NCBI GenBank assembly: GCA_001724265.1
Contig: MEDY01000036.1
Span: 124,001-185,085 of the forward strand
From: Rhizaria sp. SCN 62-66
Taxonomy: Eukaryota
Length of the DNA: 61,085 nt
Direction: 5' to 3'
This document shows, one piece after another, positions 26,043 through 37,500 of this stretch; position 1 is the first letter of the stretch; the number at the start of each line of letters is the position of its first letter. The notes beneath the pieces were generated by a model. It was not told where the DNA came from. It saw nothing but the letters and a program-made list of their open reading frames with translations, and made no database searches. The position numbers were made by a program, and so were the translations under genes.

Positions 26043-28139
26043 TCACTTGCTGTCTTTGCTCACTGCCTTATCGAACGCTTTGACGCGGTCGCTGACCCAT
26101 GACTGCACGTCCATGAGCTCGTTGGTGCCCAGCCAGTGGCCCATCGGGGGCGAAAGCCGGACTGTGGGCTTGAGCCCCAGGCGGCCCAGGACGGACTTCT
26201 TGAGCTGCTCCCAGCGCGGCTCGGCGAATTCGGCCCACGACACGGCCTCGTCGCCGCCGCCGTGCACCACCAGCAGCGGGGCGCTCGCGTTCGGCACCGC
26301 CTCCGCGGGCGTCTTAGGCGCAGCCGCAGCGGTAGCCGAGGGTTCCGCAGAGCCGGCAACAGCGGCGTCGGCGACGGCAGCGGCGGCGATGGTATTTTCG
26401 GCCGTCTTGATCATGTGCTTGACGCTGGGGGGGAAGCCGCCGAAGCAGACCATGCCGCCCAGCTTGTGCGGGTACGTCAGCGCGCCGTGCAGCGCAAGCG
26501 CGCCGCCCTGCATTGCCAGTGGCAAACGAGAAATCACAAATAAAACACAAAGTCGAGGCAAAAGCAAGTGCGTCAGGTAAGCAATAAGTGAGATAACAAA
26601 AGCATTGCTTACTCATAGCTTGTGGAAGTTGAATCGCCAAATAAGCAAAGATAGCACCGTTTTCGACACATATCCAACGGTTTAAATGGGTGAGTGTGAC
26701 GAGCGGCGTACCTGGCCGAAGCCGCCGACGATCAGGCGCCGGGCGCCCGCGGCGCGCACGTCGGAGGCAGTGAGGCGGCGCGGGAACACGGAGCGCGGGT
26801 CCGGTGGGTACAACAGGCCGAGGCGGTCGCATTCGGAGTCGATAAGTTCGTGCAGGCGGGTCGTGGACTAAAAGTAAAACAAAAGCCGGACACAGAGGCA
26901 GAGAGCACAATATGTGTTGTTATGAGCAAAGATGGAGGTATTCTGAGACCCTGTCAGGTCTCATCACATATTTAGGATTTCAGCACTGAAAACTTGTTGT
27001 TTCAGGATATCAAGTGTTATGTAAACGACTTTTCAAAACGTTATATGTGGAGTATCAAATAGCACATCGGCGGCCATACCCTTTGTAGGCCCTTCTTGTC
27101 CTCGTCGAGCCCCTCGTTGTACTCGGGCGCAAAGACGTCAAACCAGGCACGCTCCATGAAGTCGTCCAGCGCTGTCACGGGGATCTTCGGTGGGTTCGGA
27201 ATCAGCAGGCGCACGTGCTGTGGTGCAAAGAGTGGTTGTGCGGTAAGCCAGGTTGAGTCAGGAAGAAGGAAAGATGGAGGTGTTTGGTGAGAAAGTTAAA
27301 AAATGAGGATATGTGCATTAAATAGGTAATACATCAAATATATCAAGGAAATGACATATAAGCACAAAATATATAGGTCATATCATATGCATATTACGAA
27401 AAACTAATCTAAGCGCGTTGATATCATTGACTAAGTGTTACAACGTACGTTGAGCTCGATGAACTCGAAAGGGGTCGAGGCGGCCTCGTGCGTGTCACCG
27501 AGGCCGATGAGCCACAGCAGAGTAGCCTTGTGCTCGATGGGCTCGCGGGTAAACATGTCCATATGTAGCGGGTCTGTACGAGAAGGAGGAGGGTCGTGTG
27601 CAAGTTAAGATTTAGACAGTGTTACGAATGCTGTGACGACAGAAACAGTAAGAAACATATTCAACGTAAAAAGAAGACATAGCGACAATGGAGGAAAATA
27701 TATTTGTTTAAGTAGTGTCAGCCGTACCGGTCTCGTCGTACATGTCGTCCCCGTCGCGCATCGCAGAACGCTTGATCTGTCCGGGGGTTTGCCCCGCCGC
27801 CGCGCTAGCCGCGGCTTCGGCCTCATAACGCGCCTTGGCTTCCGCAATCAGGTCAGTGGCGGCGCGCTCGGGGGCGGCACCCTGCGTGGGCTCCATCTTC
27901 TGCGCGCGCAAAATGGGACCGCCGGGCGCGGAAGGCGCAGCGGCGGCGGGCGCGGCAGCGGCAACGGCAGCGGTCGCAGCGGCGGCGGCTGCGTCAGTGT
28001 TCGATGACTCCGCGGACATCCACCGGGCATGAGAGATGGCAACAGAGGGCACAATAGTGCGCGGGAGTGTACGCAAAAGTGATGAGCGGGCCACAGAGAC
28101 GCCCGCCGATGCGGAGACGGAGACAAGGCGGCGCAGCAT
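26043..28139 (-). CDS. Phospholipase/carboxylesterase (acyl-protein thioesterase/LYPLA-like) protein with probable mitochondrial presequence; nucleophile Ser replaced by Gly. Exons 28139-27728, 27573-27449, 27217-27080, 26867-26712, 26507-26043; stop TGA
   Basis: Spliced motifs HKATLLWLIGLGDT, PNPPKIPVT, RAWFDV, LIVGGFGQ|GGALAL, LLVVHGGGDEAV, MGHW. Arg/Ser-rich, acid-free N-terminus MLRRLVSVSASAGVSVARSSLLRTLPR. Confidence 0.85.
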
Positions 28140-28522
28140 GCGTTAGCGCGACAGCCTATCGCGCCACACACCAACGAGACGAGACAACAGAGAGCGGAGC
28201 GAAATGATGCAGTGTGAGTGATAATGTGAATAATAGACGATGTAATTTCTCCCAAATACCAAAAATAACGAGTTTAATTTGAGTTGTATTACCACATTTG
28301 TAATGACGGTCAGTTGCGTTCCTAGCACCTTGTCGATATCGTTGCCGTTAGGCTCCTCTCCCCTTAGCCTACCTGTTGCTGATATCTTCTGGCCCTTCCC
28401 ACTCTTCACAGCCTTCATTCCTCGCTTCCAAATCAAGTTCTACAAAGTTTAATAACCCGCCATTGACACTTTAACTACATCAGAGCTTTGCATACAGCTT
28501 ACCGTGCGGTGTCCGAGTGAAA
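28140..28522. promoter_or_regulatory. Probable bidirectional promoter between the head-to-head thioesterase-like and OSCP1 genes
   Basis: Only 383 nt of AT-richer sequence between two divergent start codons. No specific element identified. Confidence 0.4.
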
Positions 28523-30682
28523 ATGAGCAGTGAGCTGACGATGCCCCTGATCCTCACCACGATGGGCGGTGAGATGCTCTACATCCTCCAGCAGCGTCTC
28601 CACGCGCAGAAGATCTCCGCTGACAAGGCCCGCACCGTGCTCGAGGACGTTATCTGCTCCATGTTTGATCCTTCGCTTCTGAACGAGCTGTTCCGCCGCG
28701 AGAAGGCCTACACGTCAGCCGGGACCCGCGCCCTGTTCGACCGGCTCGCGCACGTCTCGATCATGCGCCTCAACACGACGTCGATGGACAAGCTCTACGA
28801 CCTTATCTCGATGGGCTGCAAGCTCCAGCTTATGCGCGCTAGCCACCCCTCGCACCTGCTCCAGATCTGCCTCAACCACACCGACGAAGCCCGCGCCCTC
28901 CTCCACTCCAACCGCAGCTCCGCCAGCTCCACCACCAACGCGGTCCCCACGGTCTCCGCGGCTGCGGCGGCCGCGACGCCGGCGACGCCCGCCTCTGCGC
29001 TGCTGACGCACGCGGCGCGGCGGCTCGCGGCGCTGGCGCTGTCGGCGGCGCCCGAGGCACTGACGCTCGCGCGCCGGTCGACGCTGCGGCTGCTGCAAGA
29101 CAAGCACGTCAAGGTGTCGATCTTCCTCCAGGACGCGCTGCAAAGCAACCAGGGGCTGGTGTACTGCACGCCCAGCGGCGAGGCGCCCGTCGGCACCGAG
29201 CCCCCCGGCACCGTCCGCGTCTTCGCCAACCCCAGCAACATCAATTCCAATGCAACCGCCAGCTCTAACGCTAGCACTATCGCCAACAAAAGCGCTGCGA
29301 GCGTGAGCGGCGTGGTCAACGGCGTGCAGGCTCCCGCCGTCTTACTATCGGGCGTCGGCATCGCCGCGACGTCGCTCTTCGCGCCACCCGTCTTCCCCTC
29401 GGTCTCGGCCTCGTCCTTCACTGTCGCGTCACACGCCCACCGCGCCACGCTCAGCCCCACGGTCGCCGCGCTACTCCCCATCGCGCGCGACCAAGCGCGC
29501 ACGCTGCCCGCCGCGCTCACCGCCGCCGCCGCAGCCGCCGCAGCCGCCGCCACCGCCACATCGAGCTCTGGCAGCTCTAGCAGCTCTAGCAGTGCGAGTG
29601 ACTTTGTTGCGCACCCAGGCTCCTTCCTGGCCGCTCCCGTGCCCGCCGCTGTTGTCGTCAGCAGCAGCAAGCCCACGCCCGGCTTTCCCGCCCCCGTGCC
29701 TTCCCCCGCGTTCAACCCTATTGCCGCCACAACCAGCTCCAGCTCCAGCTCTAGTGCGAGTACGAGTGCGAGTATGGCCGCGGCGGTGTTCCCAGCCGTC
29801 AACGGCGCCCGCCCGAGCACCTACACCCCGCGGCCCTGCGCCGCGCCGCTCTCTGCGGCCACGGCAGCGGCGGCGGCTGCTGCTGCAGCTGGGTTAGTCC
29901 CTGGTCACGACGTGGTATCGATTCTGCACCCGCGCCGGCCATGTACTCTCGGCCGCAACCTCTACCAAACGGACCGCAAATCCGCCGCCGCCGCCGCGGC
30001 AACCGCCGCAACGCCCGCCACTGCCACTGTGAACGCGAGTGCGAGCGGGGCCGTGAGTGCGGCGAGCGTGGTCCGCGGCGTCGTCCCTGCGGTGGCGCCG
30101 TCACAGCCCACTGTGGCCTACGCATGCGCTGCGGCCGCCGCGGGCGCGTTCGCGGGCGTGTGGGGCGTGCGCGGCTGCGACAACAGCGGCAACGTCACCG
30201 GCGACGGCCTGCGCGCGTCCGCGCCCCTCCCCAGCAGCAGCGGCGGCGGCAGCAGCGGCGGGGCTGGGGGTAGTCATACCATCACCGTGGGGACGACCGT
30301 GAGCACGGTGGCGCTCGACGCCGAGGCGGCGGCGCTGTCGGCGATGCTCCGCGGCCGCAGTGCCGCCGCCGCGGCCGCGGCCGCGGGTGAGAGCGGCGTT
30401 CTGCTGACGCACCTGTTCGGCGACGATGCCGACCACGGTGGCGACGACGACGAGGGGCTCCGGGTCAAGAGCAAGAAAGAGGAGCGGGAGGAGGAGGAGG
30501 CGCGCAGCGTGCACGTTCATGCCAAGGGCGGCTACCGCGAAATGGTCAGCGGGCTTGCTGCAATCGGCCTTGGCAGCAGCGGCAGCAAGAATGCTGCCGC
30601 TTCCCCTGCAGCGGCGAGTGCTGACGACGGGGAGGGAGAGCTCGACTTGCTGGCGATGATGGATGAGGCGGTGGATTATTAA
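28523..30682 (+). CDS. OSCP1: OSCP1 (C1orf102/NOR1) family protein, ~719 aa, with Ala/Ser-rich insertions; stop TAA
   Basis: Family motifs MGGEMLYILQQRLHAQKI..DKA..VL.DVI..MF, LFDRLAHVSIMRLNTTSMDKLYDLISMGCKLQL, RLLQDKHVKVSIFLQ, LGRNLY, and C-terminal DLLAMMD. Confidence 0.9.
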   Translation: MSSELTMPLILTTMGGEMLYILQQRLHAQKISADKARTVLEDVICSMFDPSLLNELFRREKAYTSAGTRALFDRLAHVSIMRLNTTSMDKLYDLISMGCKLQLMRASHPSHLLQICLNHTDEARALLHSNRSSASSTTNAVPTVSAAAAAATPATPASALLTHAARRLAALALSAAPEALTLARRSTLRLLQDKHVKVSIFLQDALQSNQGLVYCTPSGEAPVGTEPPGTVRVFANPSNINSNATASSNASTIANKSAASVSGVVNGVQAPAVLLSGVGIAATSLFAPPVFPSVSASSFTVASHAHRATLSPTVAALLPIARDQARTLPAALTAAAAAAAAAATATSSSGSSSSSSSASDFVAHPGSFLAAPVPAAVVVSSSKPTPGFPAPVPSPAFNPIAATTSSSSSSSASTSASMAAAVFPAVNGARPSTYTPRPCAAPLSAATAAAAAAAAAGLVPGHDVVSILHPRRPCTLGRNLYQTDRKSAAAAAATAATPATATVNASASGAVSAASVVRGVVPAVAPSQPTVAYACAAAAAGAFAGVWGVRGCDNSGNVTGDGLRASAPLPSSSGGGSSGGAGGSHTITVGTTVSTVALDAEAAALSAMLRGRSAAAAAAAAGESGVLLTHLFGDDADHGGDDDEGLRVKSKKEEREEEEARSVHVHAKGGYREMVSGLAAIGLGSSGSKNAAASPAAASADDGEGELDLLAMMDEAVDY

Positions 30683-31169
30683 AAGTTGTAGCGTTTAACC
30701 TAGAAAATAATTGTCCATTTTGTTTGAACTTTGTTTTAGTCTTCTTTATTGGCAACCGCCTGTTACGTGTTGCACACCTGCCTTTGGTTCTCGCTTGCGA
30801 GATGTATAGGCACTTGAAATGATTCATGAATACATATGATTACTTGTGTTTGACTACAGAATATCAATTTACATATTACTACTAAACATTTCTCAGATTC
30901 ACGTCGATCTCGATGCTGTGCGTTGTGTCATGTGTAACTTCGAATGGTTTTGACCGACATCTCGCGAGCAGTTCGATTTTTGCCAGAACTCGAAAAGGTG
31001 AAGTTGCGTCTCCGCAAATGGTTCCGTACACACCCAATCGACTGTCAATTGCGATGCGAGTACATCACCATATAAAATAAGAAATATAAGCATTATAATT
31101 TATATTCACACTTCATGCATATGTGTTTATCCTTCTTGATTTGCCTTCGCGTGAGACAGCTTCCTGACC

Positions 31170-34100
31170 ATGGGCAAGAAGGCCAAGCAGGACGCCGAGA
31201 CCGTTCCCGCCGCCCCTGTCGCGGCGGACAACACTGTCACCAAGACCAAGGCCGACAAAAAAGCCTTGTCCACCACAGACGCCGCCGCTAAGAAGCCTGC
31301 TGCTGCCCCTGGCGCAGCCGCTGCTGCTTCCAAGAGTGCCGCCGCTGCCGCGCCCGCCGCCGAGACGCCTGCCGCCGCACCTTCCACCGGCTCCAAGAGC
31401 AGCAAGACCGCCGCCGCCGCCCGCGCCGCCGCGATGAAGGACGACGACACCGAGTCCGAGTCCGAGTCCGAGTCCGAGTCCGAGTCCGAGTCCGAGTCCG
31501 AGTCCGAGGCTGAGGCGGAGACTGAGGCGTCTGCTTCTGAGGACGACGATGATGATGAGAACGACGAGGAGCACAAGGAGAACGCCTCCAGCAGCGCCAA
31601 GCCCTCTACATCTGCCGCCGCTGACAACCTTAACGTGAAGCGCAGCTTTCGCCGCCCCCAGGTGTACCTGGACCTGCAGGCGGGCTCCGTCGCGCTGGGC
31701 CGCGTCGTGATCGAGCTCTTCACCGATGTGCCGCTGGCGTGCGAGAACTTCCGCGCTCTGTGCACGGGCGAGTTCCACCACCCGGAGACGGGGAAGCCGC
31801 TGTCGTACAAGAACGCGCAGTTCAACATGGTGCGTGAGGACTACATGATGGGCGGCGACGTCGACGATATCGGCGGACACGGCGCCATGTCAATCTACGG
31901 TGGCCCCTTCGAGGATGAGGCCGCGGGCCTCGAGCGGACGCACACGCTCGGCTCCGTGTCACTCTTTTCCACGAAGAAGAACAGCAACGACTCCAAGTTC
32001 GTCATCTGCCTCCGCAGGCACATGAACTTCATTGACGGACAATACGTCGTCTTCGGCCAGGTACGTTATGCACACAACAGAAACATCGCAACATTGATCG
32101 ACGCATGTGTCGAATTTCTTTTTCATCTCTCAGATTTCATATTATCTAATCCGTTTATTCCATACTCAATATTTTGGTTTTCTTTTTATCACTTACGCAG
32201 GTCATCAAGGGCCTGGGCGCGGCCTTCTCTGCGACGCAGTACGTGTCGAACCACGACGAAGGCACTCCCGACGTGCCTATCTTTATCTCGGACTGCGGCC
32301 GCCTGCGCAAGAAGGACATGGTCAAGACGGCCGAGGAGAAGCGCAAGGAGAACGACCCCGCCGCCAAGGCCGCGCGGCAAGCCAAGCTCGCGGCTGAGGC
32401 CGAGGCGGCGGCGGCTGCGGCGACCACGGCGGCCCCGCGCGCGGCGTGTCCTAAGTGCGGCGGCGCAGCGAGCTACGTGCGCCGCGCCGAGGGGTTGGGC
32501 GTGCGCATGAAGTGCAAGGACGAACAGTGCAAAGAGGCATTCTGGGCCCCCGACAATAAACCCAAGACCGATAAGGACGGCAAGGACAGCAAGGCTGACG
32601 CTGCGGCTGTCCCCGGCAAGAAGGCTGCCGCTGCCGCCGCTGCTGCGGCGGAGACACCCGCGGAGCGCGCCGAGCGTCTTGCGGCAGAGAAGGCGAAGCG
32701 CGCGGAGAAGCAGCAGGAGTGGCTGGCGCTGAAGGAGGCCAAGCGCGCCAAGGCGGCCGAGCTGGGGCTGAGCCTGGAGGAGTACGACGCGCAGCGCAAG
32801 GCGGAGAAGGCGCAGCGCGACGCCGCTAAGGCCAAGGAGCTGGGGCTCAAGCCCGCCAAGCCGCCGACTGCGGCCGAGCTCAAGGCCGAGGCCGAGAAGC
32901 GCGCCGCCGCCAAGGCCGCCAAACTCGCCGAGAAGCAGGGCAAGAAGCAGCGCGGCGGCGCCGACGACAGCGACGGCGACGATTCTGGCGACGACGACGG
33001 CGCGGACGACAACGAGGAGGAGGCCGAGGCGCGCGCCGCGGCCCGGCGCGCCAAGGTGCTGGCCAAGTTCACTGCGGCCAACCGCGCACGGTCGCTGGCG
33101 GGGCCGCACCTCAAGGCGCTGGCGCTGGCGGCCGCAGCGTCAGTCGCGGCGGCGAACGAGGTGCACCACAAGCGCAACAAGGAGAAGAGCGACCGGCGCA
33201 TCGCGGCCAAGAAGGCGGCGCACACAGAGGACAAGCTCCACAGTCGCTGGGAGAACCGCGACAAGGCGGCCGGCGGCGCGGGCACCAAGGAGGGCATCGC
33301 GCCCCAGGACCGCCGCGCCGCCGCGGGCAAGTCCGCCTACAACCACCTCCCGAAGAGCGGTGCTGGCCGCGAGCAGTCGACGCAGGCCGCGAGCAGTGCT
33401 GACGGCGGGTTTGCGGCCGCGTTCCAGCGCCACAGCGCTGAGAGCGGGCTCGACGGCCAGGGCTTCCGCGCCTTCATGGCGCCGCTGACAGAGGAAGAGC
33501 GCGCCGCGCGCGCGCAGCGCAAGGAGGGCGCGATGCGCCGCCTCAACAAGGGCGTCCCGCTGCCTTCCGCTTCCACCACTGCTGCTCCTGCTGCCGCGCC
33601 TGCTGCTGCTGCGCCTTCGTGGAAGCAGCAGTTCGCGCCCCGCGACTACCGTGAGCGCGAGCGCGGCGGCGACCGCGAGCACGAGCGCCCCGCGTTCGCC
33701 AAGAAGCCTTTCAACAAGGACGACAGCAACAACAGCAAGCACAACAACACTGAGCGCCGCTTCAACAAGGACGGCCACGGCGCGCGCGACCGCGACTCCT
33801 CGGCCACCCGCCCGCCGCGCCCCGCGGCCCCCGCGCCCGCGCCCGTGGCCAAGGCTCACGTCGGCCGCGACGACAGCGGCAAGAAGCTGCGTCACCGCGA
33901 CCTCGCTGCCGACGACCTCAAGAAGCACCAGGACGACAAGGCCAAGACGGCTGAGGTGTATCAGGAGCGCCGCGACAAGCGCCGCGCGGACGCTATTAAC
34001 CGCAAGCGTACCATTGAGGAGGGCGGCGACGCCTCCGCTGTTGGAGCTGGCGGCGACAAGCGCCCGCGCCCGGCCTTCACCGGCAAGGACAAGGACGGCA

Positions 34101-34240
34101 AGACCGGCGTGCGCGCGAGCGAGGGCGGCGTGGCCGACAAGGAGGTCGCGCAGAAGATCGCCGTCGCCGCGGGCACGGGCTCGGCCGCTGCGGCCGCCTG
34201 GGCCAAGCTCACCAAAAACGCCAACCGCAGCGCCAAGTGA
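31170..34240 (+). CDS. Cyclophilin-like domain protein (degenerate active site) with a C4 zinc ribbon and a long Lys/Arg/Ala-rich tail. Exons 31170-32060, 32201-34240; stop TGA
   Basis: VYLDL..LGRVVIELFTDVPLACENFRALCTGE, LSYKN, GGD, SIYGGPFEDE, YVVFGQ|VIKG. Intron 32061-32200 GTACGT...CAG in phase 0. CPKC...CKDEQC at 32447-32530. Confidence 0.85.
31452..31508 (+). repeat. Coding (GAGTCC)9 hexanucleotide microsatellite encoding (ES)9
   Basis: Direct reading of the perfect tandem repeat. Confidence 0.9.
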
Positions 34241-34533
34241 AGTGACGAGAGAGAAACAGTTAAAGTGAGAGCTTTAAGCAATGGGCGCTGCAATGGGTGC
34301 TGTATTGTTGACCAGACAAGTGGGCCATGTTGGCATGATGAAGAAACATTATTTTAAACGCGTATTATGATACAGTAGATTTCCTATTTGAGTCATGATA
34401 GCTTGTTGCAAATTGTTTTTTTTTTTATTTAAATGTATTGTTTGTGCAGTTGTTAATCAAATTATGGGTTCTTGTTGTACATATTGTAGATATAGCGATG
34501 GAGCTTCTCATCGCGTAGGTTAGAATCAATAGA

Positions 34534-37500
34534 TTAGATTCCCTCGTCAGCAGGGCTCGCTGCAGCAGCGGCGTCGTCCTTAGCTTGCGTCACAGGCTCA
34601 GGCTCCGCATTGTAAGCGCTGTCAGTCATATCGAGCGCAGCGCTGCTGTCGCTGCCTGGGTTGGCGAAGTGCTGCTGCTGCGGCTGGCCGTCTTCCTCGT
34701 CCTCAAACTCGTTGCCGTCCGCGACAGCAGCAGGGGCGGCAGCGGCGGGAGCAACTGTGTCGAAGGCGGCCGCGTCGTCGTTGCCGTCGTTCACGTTCTC
34801 CGTGTCGCCAGCGTTGTCGACGTCGTCGCCCACGCTGGACAGCGCGCCGAAGCCGGCGCCCGCGTCTGAGCGGCCCGTGAGCACGGCGGCGTCGCTGTCG
34901 TCGTCGAACTTGGGCAGCGGCGCGGCGGGCGCGGCGCTGTTGTTGCTGTTGGCGGTGAAGGGACGCGTGTAGGTGAGGTTGGCGGCGATCGCAGCGAGCT
35001 TGCTGTCGATGTCGCTCAGGTTGTTGTTCGCGCTCGCACTCGCCTCCGTGTCAGCAGCAGCCCCGGCGTTATTGGCGTTCACTGTGGCGCCGTTGCCGGT
35101 GCGGGGCGCGTGCGCGACGCGCGACGGGGACGAGCCCACGGCGTAGGGCCGAGAGCCAGAGCCAGCACCGGGGGCAGTGGTGTTGTGGTGCGTAGTGTTG
35201 TTCGCGGTGCCCGCCGCAGTGACCGTGATCGTGGGCTGCTGCTGCGTCAGGGTGACGTCAGAGAGACCGGAGAACGACGCGGCGCTGTCGTTGTCGTTGG
35301 TGAGGTTGCCGTCAGCACCGTTGCTGTTAGCGTTGTTGCTGATGAGGAAGTCGTTGCTGTCCGCGCCAAAACCCACCGTCTCCGTCGCCGGCTCAGCCGA
35401 GGGCACGCCAGTGACGGCGGCCGCAGGCGGGCTGTAGCTGTAGTAGCCGCCCGTGCCGCTGACGCTGCCGCTGCTGTTGCCGTCAGTCAGGCCGGAGCTC
35501 GAGCTCGCGCTGGTGGAGGAACTCACGTCGGCGAACGCGACGTGCGCTGGGGCAGCGGCAGGCGCCGCGCCGGCCGCGTGGGCAGCGGCACGGGAGCCCG
35601 CGGTCGCGGGGCGCGTCCCCGCACTGCTGTTGCCGGCTGCACTGGCGTGCGCGTGCGCGCTCGCGTGCGCGGCGCCGTACTGGTGGTGCGGGCGGGCGCT
35701 GGGGTGCGGCGCGGTGGCGTTGGCGAACGTGATGTCAAACGCGACGCCGTGGGGGCCCATGGCGGCGCGCGCGGGGATAAACGCGACGTCGTCCTTGTTG
35801 TCGTACGCGTTACCAGCGCTCTTAGACGAGCTCTTCGCAGCAGCAGTGCCCGCAGCGTCGGTGTTGGCGTCGGAGCTGTTCCCGCTGGACAGCGACGAGT
35901 CGTTGCTGCCCCCCGCAGAGACCTTGTTGTTGATTAGCAGGACGAGGTCGCGGACCGCGGCGACGACGGTGCCCAGCGGCGCGCGCTCGGTGAGGCGCAG
36001 CATGTCGCGCAGCAGCGCGAGCGCGACCTGGGTCTGCGAGGTGAAGAGGTACACCTCGTTGAGCTTGGGGATCACACCGCCCGGCGCGGTGACAGCGAAG
36101 AGCTGCTGCACGTGCGTCACGACGGCCGCCGCGTCCGCTGCCGAGAGCGCGCCTGCAGAGCCCGCCACGGTGGCGCGAACCGGGGACGTGAGCAGCGTGC
36201 CCACGGCGGCCAGCAGGTCAGTGGCGGTCCACGCGGCCACGGCGCCAGTGCCGAAGACGCGCTGCAGCTCGGCGTAAACCTTGCTGTAGACGTCCTCGAC
36301 CAGCGCGGCGCGGCCGCCTGGGCCGGTCACCGCGGTCGCAGGCGCAACAGCAGCTGGCACAGCGCTCGTGCTGATCATGTTAGCATTCGCATTGGCATTG
36401 CCGTTGGCGTTGGTGTTGAGAGTGACGGGGAGCGTCTTGCACTCGCAGCACGCGGCGTTGCTAGCGCGCGCCGTCGCCGAGAGCTCGCGGATCTTGCGTT
36501 GCAGCGCGGGGATCGCGGCGGCGAGGCGGGCCGCCGTGGGCGCGACAGCAGACGCGTCGTCGAGGCCGAGCGCGGCCGCGACGGAGCCCACGGTGGTGGC
36601 GAGCTCGCCCGCGCTGAGCCGCGCGACGGACGCCTGCAGCGCGGGGGAGCAGTTGCGCAGCGCCGCGACGTGGACGCCGTTACCGTCGCGCAGAGGAACA
36701 AAGAACGCCTCCGCGGGCTTGCGCGGGGCCAGCGGGGAGCCGCCGAGGCTGTTGCCCGCGGCGCCCGCGGGGACGCGGACCTCGACGACGTTGCCAGCAG
36801 TGGCCGCGGCGGCCGTGGCGGCGGCCGCCTGCGTGCGTGCGGCCGAGAGCGCAGCGTCGGTGCGCGCGCGGTACTCCTCGAAGGCGGCGCGCGTGCAGCC
36901 GAGCTCGCCCTCGCGTTCGGCGATGTTGCCGCGCAGCGTCGCAACCTCGGCGCGCAGCTTCGCGACCACTTCGTCGGCGAGCGCGACGTCTGCCATTGTG
37001 GGTCGTGACCTGAGCTCGTCCTCGGCCGCCAGCGCGCGCGCCAGCGCCGCGGCAGCGGCGTCCTGGGCTGCAGCCGCGCGGCCGGCGGCCTCAGCGGCTT
37101 CGGCAACGGCGGCGGCAAGCTTGCGGCGCGCGCGGGCCCACTCGCGCTCCGAGGGCAGGCGCGAGAGCTCCTCGGCGGCGCGTGCGCACTCGGCGTCGAC
37201 CTTGGTCAGCGCAGCGCGCAGCGCGGCGGCCTCTGCCTCGGCGTCGCGCGTCGCGGCCTCGGCGGCGGCGACGTCGGCGGCGCGCTCGGACCGCGCGCGG
37301 GCAACCTCACTGCGCAAGGCGGCAATCTCGTCGCTCATGGTAGTTACCAGCTCGCTCACCTCGCTGTCGCGCGCGGCGCGCGCGCGCTGGGCCGACTCGC
37401 GCTCACCGCGCAGCGCGGCGGCGTCCTCGCCGTGCGCCGCGGCCTCCTTTTTGGCGGCCGCCAGCGCCTCCACGCTCGCTGCGGCCTCGGCGTCGGCCTG

